Shown here: positions 12,101 through 24,740 of the stretch, piece by piece
Layout: each line of letters starts with the position of its first letter
How positions within the stretch are numbered: position 1 is the first letter of the stretch
Notes under the pieces: model-generated
The model's database searches: none
What the model was told of the DNA's origin: nothing
What the model saw: only the letters and a program-made list of their open reading frames with translations
Translations under genes and position numbers: made by a program
Assembly (NCBI GenBank): GCA_051362555.1
Contig: CM120640.1
Location: 32,693,967-32,757,966, forward strand
DNA: 64,000 nucleotides
Direction of reading: 5' to 3'
Source: Lingula anatina
Taxonomy: Eukaryota > Animalia > Brachiopoda

Positions 12101-15100
12101 TAAGGCGGAAACTAGTGAACAGTTGAAACCAGGGTCAGTGCTAGATGCATATGTTTTTACTTAAGTCAGCAAACACTTTTATGTTTTCTTTCTCATTTAT
12201 CATGAAAGTTTTTAGCACGGAGTCAATACCTTTTGTAAAATGGTGTAATTTCTGGTGTTTTATGTCTCAATGCCTTTTCCTAAATTTGTAGATTGCTGCT
12301 GGATGCTATTGAAGAAAATGGAGGAGACCTTCAGGAAGGAGACAAAGTTGATTTTCTCGAAAGTGAACTGAAAGCTCACAGAAACATTAAGTGAGTTATA
12401 TTTTCTCTCATCTTGCTTTTTATGAAATTTTATTAAAGGGATAATAACTCTTCATATTAGATCTATATTTCACAATAAAAACATTGTGAACAACTCATAG
12501 AAATATAATATATTGAATTCTGTTGTACCACAAAAACGGCAGTAATAGCTATTATTCTGATATCTGAGCTTGTCTTTAATATAGATAATTTAAAGATATT
12601 TTGTGGCACATGGTAACAGGTGTTCGTTGAGATTTGTGAAATATTACATATAGATATATTAAGTCATAATTCTGCAAAAACCATTTTCTTACCAGAAAGT
12701 AATACCGAAGTTTTAAAGCTAATTTTTTTCCTTACTTGCAGTTAAATTACATTTTCTTTTGACTTGGCTAGGACTTTGAATCTTGAAGACCAGGGAGAAA
12801 TAATACAGAAATTGATCGACACCTCCTCCAGTCCTGTGGTGCAAGCTGAGGCTTTGATTGACAGTGCAGTGCTCTTACTGGCTAAAGAAGACTGGAAGTA
12901 TGTATCTTATGGTACTACCTGTTTACCTTTTGTGGTAGAAAAGGAAATATTTAGGGTGTTGATTTATAAAAAAAACCATTCAGTTTCTGTTTATGTCATT
13001 TCACTGTTGCTTTTTTTTTTCTTTCTTGCCCTGAGCATGTCTTGAGAGTTAAGTATTGGTTTTTTAAAACTATTTATTGCCAATGCATCTTAAAGCAATA
13101 AACAATCTATTGTTTTATCAAAGGCAATATTTAATTGAATATTATTATAATTCATCTTTGTCTTTCTTGAAATTCATATGTTGCCAATTTATCAAATAAG
13201 GGATTGTACCATTGCCAGTAGATTTATGTTAATATTTTTCTTCCCAAAAATCTAGGTCTCCAGTGGAAAACTGTAAGAAGGCAATTGCTCTGCTTGAGAA
13301 AGAACAACAAAGAAATGGCAAAAAATATACAGCGTCAATATTGAAGGATGTGTTGGCAAGAGCATTTTTCTGGCTATATGTATGTGAGGCAGAAAGCATA
13401 ACAACTGAGTCACAGGTATATACTATTCAATCATATACAGATGTTACACTTACATTAACATAGCAGCTAGATTATTTGGAAATACCCATATGATTTTCAC
13501 TTTATATACCACCCTTATGTTTCTGTCTGTCAAGAAAATTTTCATGTGAGATTAAAAGATACAAATGGTGCTTTATAAAGTAACAAATCAATTTTTAGGT
13601 AAAGTTTTTTTTTTAATTTATCAATGCATTTATTATTTCAGTCTAATCTGGGAGCAACTGATGAGGCAGTGGAACGTGCTGGTTCTCCAACACCTGAAGA
13701 AGAAAATTGTGTACTGAATGGCCCAGTGTTCACACTGCATATGGAGAACCAAGCCATTGCCAACCTGGATAAAGCACTTGACCTGTGGTCTGCTATACTA
13801 CCAGATGGTTGCAGAGCAGATTGTGTGAGGGACTGTGTTGTAACTTCTGAGGGCCTTCTCCAGGTGGCACAGTTATACAAGATGGCTGGGAAAGTATGTT
13901 ACATAATGTCATTGGATTTTTGTTTTTATTGATAGGTTAAGTCAGATGCATCAAGTTTCAATATGAGATTCAGTATGTTGTGATTAAGTGACAAAAAAGG
14001 AGTCTGAAATCCTGTCCCCTTCACAAACCTCGTCTTCATCTTTCAGCAGAAGAGGATTCAGTGAAGTACTTGCTATTTGGCACGACATGAAATTCTTCCT
14101 CTTACTTTTCTAGAAGTATGTATTCTGCTTGTGGTTCCTCAGGTTTTATTTCTTAATCTTTTCAGCCTGTGCAAGCACTGAGAGCTCTCTCAGCAGCCAG
14201 CCACTTGGGTGATCACATCAGTTTTGCCTTGCGTGTGTCCTTGCACACCTTGCAGATCCAGTTGCTGTGCAGTCTAAACCAGCCTCAGTCAGCAAAGGCA
14301 CTGATGGACCAGGTGGATGGCTGGTTAGAGAAATGGAAGCCTGATAGGTCCAGTGAGGAGTATGTTGTGTGGAAATACAGGGTAGCTGTGGCAGAAGTCA
14401 TGTTGCTCTCACAAAAGGTTTGTTAACTGAATAAGATCTCGAATTTATGTTTTTTTTCTCTATCAAAATTTAAGGGTTTTTATAGTCTAAATATCCTTTT
14501 AAATATAAGAGAAATGGCAGAGAGAAAGTATTTTTTGTGTCTTCAATTGAAGAGATGTTTATTAGTTTGATTTGATCAAAATTTTATCAAGGATATCCTT
14601 GGAAACTTGAAATAAAAGATTGTAAAACAACATGACCCTCCTATGCATTTTTATATGTGTTTTTTGCCCATTTTATATATTTGCACGTCCTCTCTTTGAA
14701 AAATGTTTTAGTCTGGTTCAGTTTTTCATGTGTCATACTGCCTGATTCTTGGTTTACAGTTCAGTGAAGCTCAAGATATATTTGATATGGTCCAGCAGCA
14801 AAGCTTGGTGTCAGCACGCACAAGGGACTGGTGTATAGTGGAAGGCACCATGAAGAGATGCCTGGCCAAGATGTTGACCTTGCCCCAGTACCATGCTGCA
14901 GTAGAGGAGTGTGAGGATTATGCACTGGACAGAATGCATGAGGCTTGTTCACTGCTAACTGGGGTATGGAAATTCTTACAGGGAAAAGCCTCAGAGAGTG
15001 GTATGTTGTTTATTGTTTAATATATATTCGTTGTTGTTCATCATTGTAAATATTTTATAATTAAAGTGTTGGGTTTTGTGCTTATTTCTGAGAAATTTGT

Positions 15101-18100
15101 GTGAATTGATTAATAAATAAATATTGTTGCTAGATGATAATATGTGAGGACACTTTTTGTAGTATGAATCAAAATGAGTGACCTTTTCCAATATGTTTTA
15201 CGAGATTTATTGTTGATTTTTCCAGCCTCACTAATGGACAAGTGGTCCATCATGACAGAGTACTTGGACACACTACAAGCCACTGGACACATGTACCTGG
15301 ACATTGGGGAGAGCAGAGCAGCCAAGTGTTACCTCAAAGAGGGGATGATATTGGCACAGGAGTTTAACATGCCTAGAAGGTAAGCTAGGGTTTCTTTTAG
15401 ATAAATACCTGGAACAGCTATATGAAGGCATGTACTGTAGTCATTTAAGGATGTAGATAACAGGGGTAGCTATCTTCTAAACCGGCCAAGATATACCAAC
15501 ATGTTACATATCAATAGAAAGCTTATTTGAACAGCTCTTCATTTCATATCCTTATTTTATTATGTAATCGTTACGTAATGAGATATAATGCTTAATAGGT
15601 GTGCTCAACATGATCTTTACACCTTAAAAACTAGAAGTCCACTACAAATGGACATGTGTAGACAGCTTGACTCGTGAGCCCTCACAGGGATCAACAAGAA
15701 TGCGCCTCAAATTAGCGATATGTGTTAAATTAGCAGAGATATCAAAATAAACTTGGTTTCCAGTTCAACGAGACCCCCTAGCCTAACTAAAGCATGCCTA
15801 AGTTGAAAATGGAGCTGATGTTATGAAATCCCAGACACATACTTTCAGACAAACCTTAGATCTAACGAATGAATACCAGCTTTCATCGGTTGAGAGTTCT
15901 AATTAATTTTGACACTGGTCTAAATCGTTCTCTTGAAGCCATAAACTGAAGCAGAGAAATCAGCCTTTTAGTGCTCCCCGGAGATTCCAACGTTATATAA
16001 TCAGTGAGCTGCATTGGCAAGCTGAGAAATTTAGTTATTTATACTGGTTCAGCCCTCTACTCACTGCCTATGTAACTGTCACTATGTCTTTCATCCATTT
16101 TCAACATTATTATTGAACATTTTCAACCGGAGGCCCCCTCCATGCATTGACAGCAGCCACCATGTTAGTCGTGACGTCAGCCTTCTTCACCACGTGACAC
16201 CTAGGGGGAGTGCCTTTGCCCATATACGTCTCATCTATATGTCTGCTTTTTAAAGCTTTAATAGATTTCAGAATTAAGTTCACTGATAAATTCAAAATGA
16301 AAAGTATTGTTTGGCAAGTGAAAGCGCGACGTTACTCACAGAATGTGAAAGGCTTAGCAGCAATCTAGGATGGGAAATATACAGCTGCACAGTGGAGCTG
16401 CCAATCAAACACATATATGGACAAGTGTGACCTACTTTAAAACTCAGACATGCTACCACAGGGGTAAATCAGAAATTAGGCTAAAATTACGGGTTTATTT
16501 GTAAACTTCCATTATTTTAAGATAGGCTGATATGTAGTTGATATTTCATCTATCTAATACTGACAAATTCAGAAAAAACCCAAATTTTGACAATTTACTG
16601 TTAATTACTACCTTAAACTGAAGCCATGGTATTCCAGTATGATAGAATGTTAGACACAACAAGAAATGTCTGAGTTATGATAATTTATATTCCAAAAAAG
16701 CTGGTATTAAGTTGGCAAGGAATATTGAATATTTTATGAAGGCTACATTATTTTGGCTTTAAGCTGTTTAAGTTGTAATAACATCTGATACCCATGCTTT
16801 GTACCATTGACATGATTTTTTTTCACATTTTAGACTGTCAGGGTTCCTCCTGTCCTTGGCCAAGCTGGATACATTGTCAGAAAAATTCACTGATGCAGAA
16901 GCCAAGTTGAACATGGTGCATTTCATTCTGAACTCAGAGGTACACACTGTAAAACCTGAAAAGCAGCTGGCAGGAAAGATGGATGTTGAAAATGAGAAGG
17001 CAGAGAAGCAGCAGAAAAAGAAAGATGATTGCTTTGGATTTGACATATCTGACGAAGATGATGATGATAGTGAAAAAGGGTTGGATTTCCTAAAAAGAAA
17101 AGTCCTTGAAGATCCAATTCCAAGTGATGAAAATGACAGTGGAAATGAGGACCCTTGTGCATCTCCAACACTCCGGAAGCACGAAAGTAAACTTCCTGTG
17201 TATTTATCCCACAGCAACAAATGCAGTTGTGTCCTCTGTCATGATTTCATTCTTCACACCCTGAGCATGGAATACATCCATGGACTAGCCTGTTTGTCCA
17301 TGGAAATGTTTGCTGTGTCAGAATGTGCCACACTTGTCAAGACAGGGCTGCAATTTTACAACACTGCCTTCCACAAGTCCACCCAGGTCCTGATGTCAAA
17401 GAGTTGTGATAACTTGTACAAAGGAAAAAAAGAAATTGACAAACTTGTGGAATCACTATTTTTACCATGGAGTGTGCAGTTTTATATTCAAGCAGCAGAT
17501 ACCAAGATTGAAACCAACCTCCAGTGGGGTCCCGCTAGAAGAGCATTAGCTAGAGCTGCTTCTCATCTCAACTCTAGTACTGCGACAGGCTTGGTAAACC
17601 TCTGGAAAGAGAGGGCATTTGTGTTTTATTTACAGGCACTTGTTGGTTTGAAAGGAATGGCAGAACCAAGTGACTACAACAACATTGTGTCTAACCTGAA
17701 TGATGAATTTCAGAAGGTTGAAATAACAAACAAGGAGGATTCTACTTTGAACAATATAACTGATATGCTTAACCGCATGGATGTGAAAGATGAAGGAAAT
17801 TTGCCAGGCTTAGATGATACTAACTTGGTTAGCAAAAATGAGAAAACAAAAATGAAACCCAAAGTGGACAGTTGCAAGGTCTCAACAGAGAATATACCCA
17901 TAGAAGTTCCAACAGAGAAGATCACAAAGCCTTCAGCTCGAAGAAAAGGGAGAAAAACCTCTGCTGAATCCAGTGATTCAACTCAAGAAATATCAACCAA
18001 CAACAGACGAAGAAGGAAAACAGATGAGAATGGGGACATTGTTTTGTTCAAGAGTCCACCCCAGAAAAGCAAGCGAGAAAAAAATGGTTATCAAAATGAG

Positions 18101-21100
18101 GAGGCCACTGATTTCGCTTCCAATTTGATGACACCCCTTCCTCTGAAGACCCCAAAAGCCAGCAGCAGAGCAGTGAAAAAGGAAGAGATTTTCACTCCAA
18201 TGGCAATGAAGACGCCGAAGAGTGTGTCAAGTCGAAGAGCAGCTCTGGACATGCTGATGGCAGATAGTGATAGCGAAGAGGACAAAATCAAATCCACGAA
18301 AAACAAGAGGACAGGCACAAGGAAAACCACATCAACAACTGCAAGAGGAAAGGGAAAAAAAGCAGCAGTATCAAATCGCAAGGTGGAAACTGAAACATCA
18401 GTGGTATTACCCAGTGGGAAGGATACCAGACTGCTTAATGAACTTGATGCTAAAAGTGTTGTGAATGGTCTCAAAGTCATTGACATGAATAGCCCAAGAC
18501 CCTCCATCAGTTCTGTCAAAAATGGCAAATACCTGGCTTCAAATCCCTTATTACAATCTCCAGTGCCAGGAGATGTTTACTCCTTTGACAGCCCAATGGC
18601 CAATGTAGCCCCTGCAACCACTCTGGCTTGCAAAGCCCCTGCAAGAAAAGGGAAGATCAAGGGAGCTGCATTGACTGCAGAGGAAAAGGGCATGGAAGAT
18701 ATTGAGGTTTGTCCAGCTGTTGCTGAGAGGCCAAAACGCCGTGGTCGCCCAGTGCGGATGACTAGGTCCAAGGTGGATATTATAGAGCATCAGAGAGAGA
18801 ATATATCCGAATCTGACGAGGATGTAGCTATACCTTGTAGTGAAACAATAGTTGAGGAGGAAGTAGCTGTAGATGTGGACATTCTTGTACATGACACATT
18901 GGACAGTCCAGGTCTAGTACACAAGACTGAAGAAGTTTTCAGTTTAGATGCATCAATAGAGGTTCTGAGGGCTGGGGACACACCACAAGAAAAGAGGACA
19001 ACTAGAGGGAGGGGAAGGAGAGCAAAGAGTGTATGTATTTATATATTAAATATTGCCCTTTTTTCTATTCTAGAATATTACTAAATTAAAGTAGAATTCA
19101 TAACAGCGCTGACCCAATTTTGTAATTCACTTCTGTATACCAAAAAAAGAAAAAAATGATACATTTTGTTTAGAAATTTAATTTAATTTTTTGTAGGGCA
19201 AGTTGACTAATACTGCCGAGGATGTTGAAGCCCCAAGGACTATCAAAGAAGATGGGAAGAAAAATGTGAAACCAGCAAAAACAATGAAAGTGCAAGTTTT
19301 TAAAGATGAACTGAGTGAAGGTGAAGATGACTTTGAAGTTACTTTCGCAGGTAAAGGACATAGATTGTTTTATAAGTGAAAATTCCTTATATATTTTCAG
19401 TGTAGTTAACCTTCCATTTTTACAACATTCTGATTGTGAAGGGCATCTGTGGCTCTTAGGAACAGAAAAAAAGGTTTGACAGAAGTGGGGTTGATCATCA
19501 TGCAACATTAAAGTGAATCCTTTCTTTCTAACTTTCCAGTTATACACTTAATGAATTTAACTCCTATAGCTTGATTTCAGAATTCATGATTCAAGAAAAT
19601 GTCATACATGAGTTATATTTTCGTCCACCACTTATTTTGGTCTCACCAATGTCTCATTTCAGATCCCGAAGAATGCATTGCTTTGCTGAACAAGGCCTAT
19701 AATCTTATAAGACAGTTTCCTCCTATGCTTCTGTACCGTAAAGTGTGTCATATGCTGGGGCTTTTGCTGGTGGAGAGAGATCCTACTGCTGCAGCATTCT
19801 ACATGTCAGAGGCAGTGGCTGTCACATTCAGACATTCCTTGTTAGCCAGCTGCAACAAGAAGATCAAGTAAGTTGGAAAGAAGAAGTAACTTGTATTTTA
19901 ATTGAAGGCTCAAAGTGGTTGGTAAACTTTATTTTCAAATAAGTGTAATGCACTTTTCACTTTATAAAGGTTTATTTATGTGGTGAATTAGTGATGTTTT
20001 ATGAATACTGATATGTTGGAACCTTGCATCTTTTCAGAAAGCTTGCCAAGGAGCCAGCAGCGTACAACAATCCAGTGCAATATCAAGAAGAATTACAAAA
20101 GATGCAGAAGAATTTTAGTTTTCATCAGTCACCTGAGAGCATTCAGGCATTTTGTCACAGTTTGCCAAAGGGTAAGACACTAATTATAGCAGCTAAATAT
20201 ACCCCTGTTTTCCTCAATAAAGAACAATGTTGATTTTCAGACTTTTGACAAACCAGTGCTCTCAATCTCACCATACATTAAGATATGGTCCTTGTATTAG
20301 TTTAGGTACTTACTAGTGCATAATCTTTCTTATGTTATGTGTGTATGTATGTATACAGTAAATGTACACACAATGCGTTTTCTTACATATACAAGTGTAT
20401 CTTTTCCTCACCCCAGAGTGGACAGTTTGCCAGTTGTCTGGGTTTATCTATGAAGGAGGGAATAGCAAACTAGTTATCACCAGATACAGATCACAACAAG
20501 AGCCCTTCATTGTCAAAGTCCCAGGGTTCATGTTTGCAGTAAGTGTTGTTAAAGATAAACATGTAGTGTTATACTGTGGATAAGGCTAATTGTCTACTGC
20601 TGGGCATGTTCAAATCTTTTTCAGGGAGATAATGAATTGTATTGTTCAACTAGTTGAGGAAGTAATGAAACATTCTAATAAATATTTTAAATCAACTTAA
20701 GTGCACATCTGCTGATAAATATGGATTATCTCTGCCTTCCAGTATGGAGAAATGCACAAAGAATTTGCCACCATCATGACAGCATGTAAGGAAAGCATGA
20801 ATCTGACAGAGAAAGTAGCTTGGTGGACCACAAGGAGGGAACTAGATGAAAGACTCGAGGTAATGTCCGTCTAAAACACTCAATTTTGGTTAAAGAGATA
20901 TTTTAAATGTTCAAAATACCAAAAGTTAAAAATCCAAATTATGAAAGTTCACATGTATGCATAGTGTGAGATTATGTCTGTATGCAGGATATGATGAGCT
21001 ACATAGAGAACAAGTGCCTTAGAGAATGGAGAGGGGTGCTTCTGGGACGACACTGCAATGACGATGATGCTGAAAACCTTAGCAAAGCAGCCTTTGCTGT

Positions 21101-23635
21101 TCTCAAAACAATCAAAATCTCTAAAGTCAGTAAACCTCAACTGAAGCAAGCTATTGAGGTATGTTGCTCTTGTGAATAATAGGTGAATTTGTATAACAAA
21201 TATTCAAATTGTTGCATATTTCTTCTTCTTCTTTTTTTTTTTTTTTTGGTATCTGGTACCAGTTTTGTATTAATCCATAAAAACTATGTTTGTTCATAGA
21301 AAGTAAAAATTTTGTTTAAAAAAGTTGATGGTTACTGCTATCAGATAGAAAATGAAAAACTGTAGTGGACAACTGATCAAATTCATGTCCTGCATTATCT
21401 AAACAGGTCCTTATTGATTCTTCACACTTGTTGAGTGATGGTGATATAAAAGAAGCATTAAGCACAATGTTAGAAAATGGGGATACAGAACACGTGACCA
21501 GCTTCATTAGGAGACACGCTAAACAGTTGAACCTGTGCATAGGAAAGAGACAGCCCATCATACTTATACTTGACAAGGTAATTTACCATTCTCATATTTA
21601 AAATTTTTTAATATAAACCATAAAGAAAAAATATGTTTGCCATATACTACTTTTGTTATTGTTGTTTCAATGATATCCTCACACTCCTTCACAAACAATC
21701 TTATTTAGAATAGGAGAAATGAATAAACTGAGGTAAATTGCTGCCCTTTTACCCTCACTTACCATGTGTTATGATCTTATTGCCAGATGCTCCAGCATTT
21801 TCCCTTTGAGAGTCTCCCCATGTTAAGATCTCACCCAGTGACTCGCCTTCCGTCCTTGCACTTACTGGGAGCCTTCCTCAGCAGTATTGAGAGCAATAAG
21901 GAGTCTATCTTGAATGAGGGGATTGACCCAGAGAAGACCTACTATATTCTCAACCCAGGCAATGATTTACCTCATACCCAAAAGCATTTTGAAGACTGGT
22001 TTGAGGGGTAAGTTTCCATTAATGGTTTGTGTGATCTGTTTGTTGCTTGCATCTTCTTACATTTTTAAGTTTGAGTTCTACTTACAGACTGACTTATATA
22101 TGAATATTTTGAAGTGCGATTCCATAAGCCAACTTTGACCAAGAATATTTTAAACATTATCTTTGTTTTTTGACTCTGTGTTTTATGACTGATAGAAGAG
22201 GGTTAACCTGTGTTACTGCAATAATGAAGATGTTTTACAACGCTCATTTAAAGCTTAGACTTGTATCATTCTCACAGGAGTAGAATAATTTATTTTAAGC
22301 ATGATGTGCATAATTTTTTTCTGAAATTTTACACCCTTTATTGTATTGGGGCTCATGATGATGTCTCAAGGGTGTGCTGTAGGCCTCTGGCATATGTCTC
22401 AATTTCATTACATGAAGTCAAGAAACGATATTTCCTCCCTTGGACAAGCTGTAATTATGTTGTTGATCGTTTTGCACTGACTAAAAAATCCCTGAGACGA
22501 AATATATTACCTTTAATATTGGAATTGCGATAGTTTAAGATCTGTTTAATGCTCTGAATTTTATTATTCTCTAAAATTGCAGTTCCATTAAAATATAAGT
22601 AAATTCTATTGACTTTTCAATATGTGTGTTCTATTTTTCATTTCTTGTAGTGAAAAGACTTGGAGGGGTGTAGTTGGCAAAACACCAACATCAGACCAAT
22701 ATAGGGAAGCTTTGACCAAACCAGACCTCTTCATGTGAGTCAAAGTATTACCTTTTAAGACAGTTGAATTATCTGAAACACTTATATTAAAACAATAAAA
22801 AGAACCCCAAGTAAAAGTTGTTTGGCACCATTACTAGTTTAGAAAAATGCTATTTTAAAATGCTCATGCATATTAAATTAAAGTTTGCCTGTGTTATGAT
22901 TAAAGGCATATTATTTCGATTATCTCAAATTAATATTAAATACGTTTATGTATCTCCCTTCAGCTATTGTGGTCATGGGACAGGAAGTAAATATCTCCAT
23001 GGCGACAATATACAAAACCTCCAGTGCCGTCCTGCAGTGCTACTGATGGGGTGTAGTAGTGGTAGACTGAACAACATAGGGGCACTGGACCCAGCTGGGA
23101 TGATACTCAGTTACTTCATGGCTGGATGGTAATGAAAACCTTTTGTGACATGAAAACATTTTGTATTTTCAAGAGGAGTGTTCCCTATACAGGGTTCTAT
23201 TTTATTTCTTTTTTCTTGATTGTGCTAGGATCAGTGAAATTGAGGTCTTAAATCTTTATCTGTAGACTTAAAGTGCAGTTCAAATATAAAAGGAAATCCA
23301 TTTGTGATTTAAAAAATACAGACTTACAGTTAAAGCTGTAAAATACCTCAAAACTATTGTCAGGATACATATATTGGCTGTGCAGGAAAAAAAGGGGATA
23401 TTTCATAAAGTTGCATCTCTTTTGCAGTCCATGTATAGTTGCCAACCTGTGGGATGTAACAGACAGAGACATTGACCGTTTCCTGGAAAACCTGCTCAAG
23501 GCCTGGTTACCTGGAGAGAGTGATCCCATGCTCTTGGAACACATTGAACAAGCCAGGGACAGCTGTAGGCTGCCACACATCATAGGGGCAGCACCTGTGG
23601 TGTATGGACTGCCTGTAGCATTGACTACAAAATAG
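9141..23635 (+). CDS. ESPL1: Separase (separin, peptidase C50), 26 coding exons, ~2341 aa
   Basis: Exons: 9141-9209, 9418-9678, 9841-10682, 10936-11054, 11205-11372, 11550-11686, 11937-12133, 12292-12390, 12772-12897, 13256-13415, 13642-13893, 14166-14417, 14760-15000, 15226-15379, 16834-19030, 19197-19350, 19663-19867, 20038-20171, 20417-20538, 20743-20859, 20988-21158, 21407-21577, 21787-22007, 22651-22734, 22964-23128, 23428-23635 (sum 7026 nt, divisible by 3). Catalytic YCGHG and LMGCSSG, plus FPFESLP, YYILNPGNDLPHTQ, ANLWDVTDRDID and GAAPVVYGLP motifs. Confidence 0.95.
15449..16612. mobile_element. Non-autonomous Kolobok-like DNA transposon in an ESPL1 intron
   Basis: Flanked by TTAA on both sides (15445-15448, 16613-16616); termini GG...CC with imperfect TIR GGATGTAGATAACAG vs GGTAGTAATTAACAG (11/15). 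It fills most of an otherwise anomalously long intron. No transposase ORF. Confidence 0.6.
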
Positions 23636-23884
23636 CAATAATTGTGCCCATCCAACCTCTATTTAACCTTAGGATATTGGTTGGGTGCATTGAAATCAGT
23701 GTGCAATTTTACTGTGGATAGTCAAAGAAAACAAGAGCCATTGTAGAGGTGATATTCCACCATGGTTTGCCCAGCAACAATGATAAAAATTGTGTGTGGT
23801 ACATCTGTCCTATGACAAGGAAGTCTTGGATACTTTAGAAAACATAATATTATGCACATTCATAATTGATGATTAAGAGTAGAT

Positions 23885-24072
23885 ATGCTAAATATTTCAG
23901 GTGGAAGAAAAATTAGTTTTTGTTTTTCATTCAGTAAGGATTTCTCAAATTCATTGATAGCTCATTCAGTATTAATGATGAAGTGTAGAAATGCTTAATA
24001 TCTCAGGTGGATAAAAATGAGATTATCAGTAGTTTTTTCTCCATTCAGTAAGAATCTGTCAAATTCAGAGAT
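23885..24072. repeat. Degenerate ~107-bp tandem duplication downstream of the ESPL1 stop
   Basis: atgctaaatatttcaggtgga...cattcagtaaggatttctcaaattca is repeated as atgcttaatatctcaggtgga...cattcagtaagaatctgtcaaattca. Confidence 0.65.
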
Positions 24073-24488
24073 CAATGCTGTTTAGGTTTTGAGATATACA
24101 AAAGAGAGATTAATGTATTGAGCCTATTCACATGCTGGCAGTAATTGGGCAGCTTGTCAAAGATGAACCAAGCATGAATGCAGCTTAGTCTGGAACACTT
24201 CTTGTGCCTAGGTTTACATTGGGTTCTGGATTATTTCAAATCTGTTACAACTGGTTATTATTTGCTTATCGTAGCAGTATCTACCAGTCTGACTGATGAG
24301 AAGGTTAATGTTGTTTTGGAGATTATATTGGGTCACTTTATTAAAATAAGCTCTTGGAATCCTTATTAGGTGGTTTGTTTTTCATTAAACAATAGAAAAG
24401 GTGAATTCAAATAAATATCTTGTTAGTGATGTGTTGAAAATACAGCGCCAGTCTTTGTGATTTGTCATGAAATTTGAAAGGGACAGTA

Positions 24489-24740
24489 AGGCTTCGTTCA
24501 CATGCAATGTCTATTTTCTAAATTCTATTTTCTATTTGCGGTATGTCTTATGATCACGGTCTGTGGCCTGAATATCCCGCGGCGTAATTACTGGCAGCGC
24601 GAGCCAGTTACTATAAGTTACTATAAGTAACTGGCTCGCGCTGCCAGTAATTACGCGGCGGGATATTCAGGGCACAGACCGTGATCATAAGATAGCGCAA
24701 ATAGAAATTAGAAAATAGACATTGCATGTGAACGAAGCCT
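24489..24740. mobile_element. Palindromic (foldback) MITE, copy 1
   Basis: TA flanks on both sides; TIR AGGCTTCGTTCACATGCAATGTCTATTTTCTAA; the arms are complementary almost to the centre; a second copy lies at 36072-36329. Confidence 0.9.

Noticed and set aside
16768-18981. Several antisense ORFs (up to 150 aa) opposite the large ESPL1 exon, and similar ones opposite NF1 exons (e.g. 44784-45218)
   Set aside because: Shadow ORFs of real coding exons, with no recognisable domains.
24590-24650. Short repeated units (agttactataagttactataag) suggesting an array
   Set aside because: This is the centre of the foldback MITE, not a CRISPR or satellite array.
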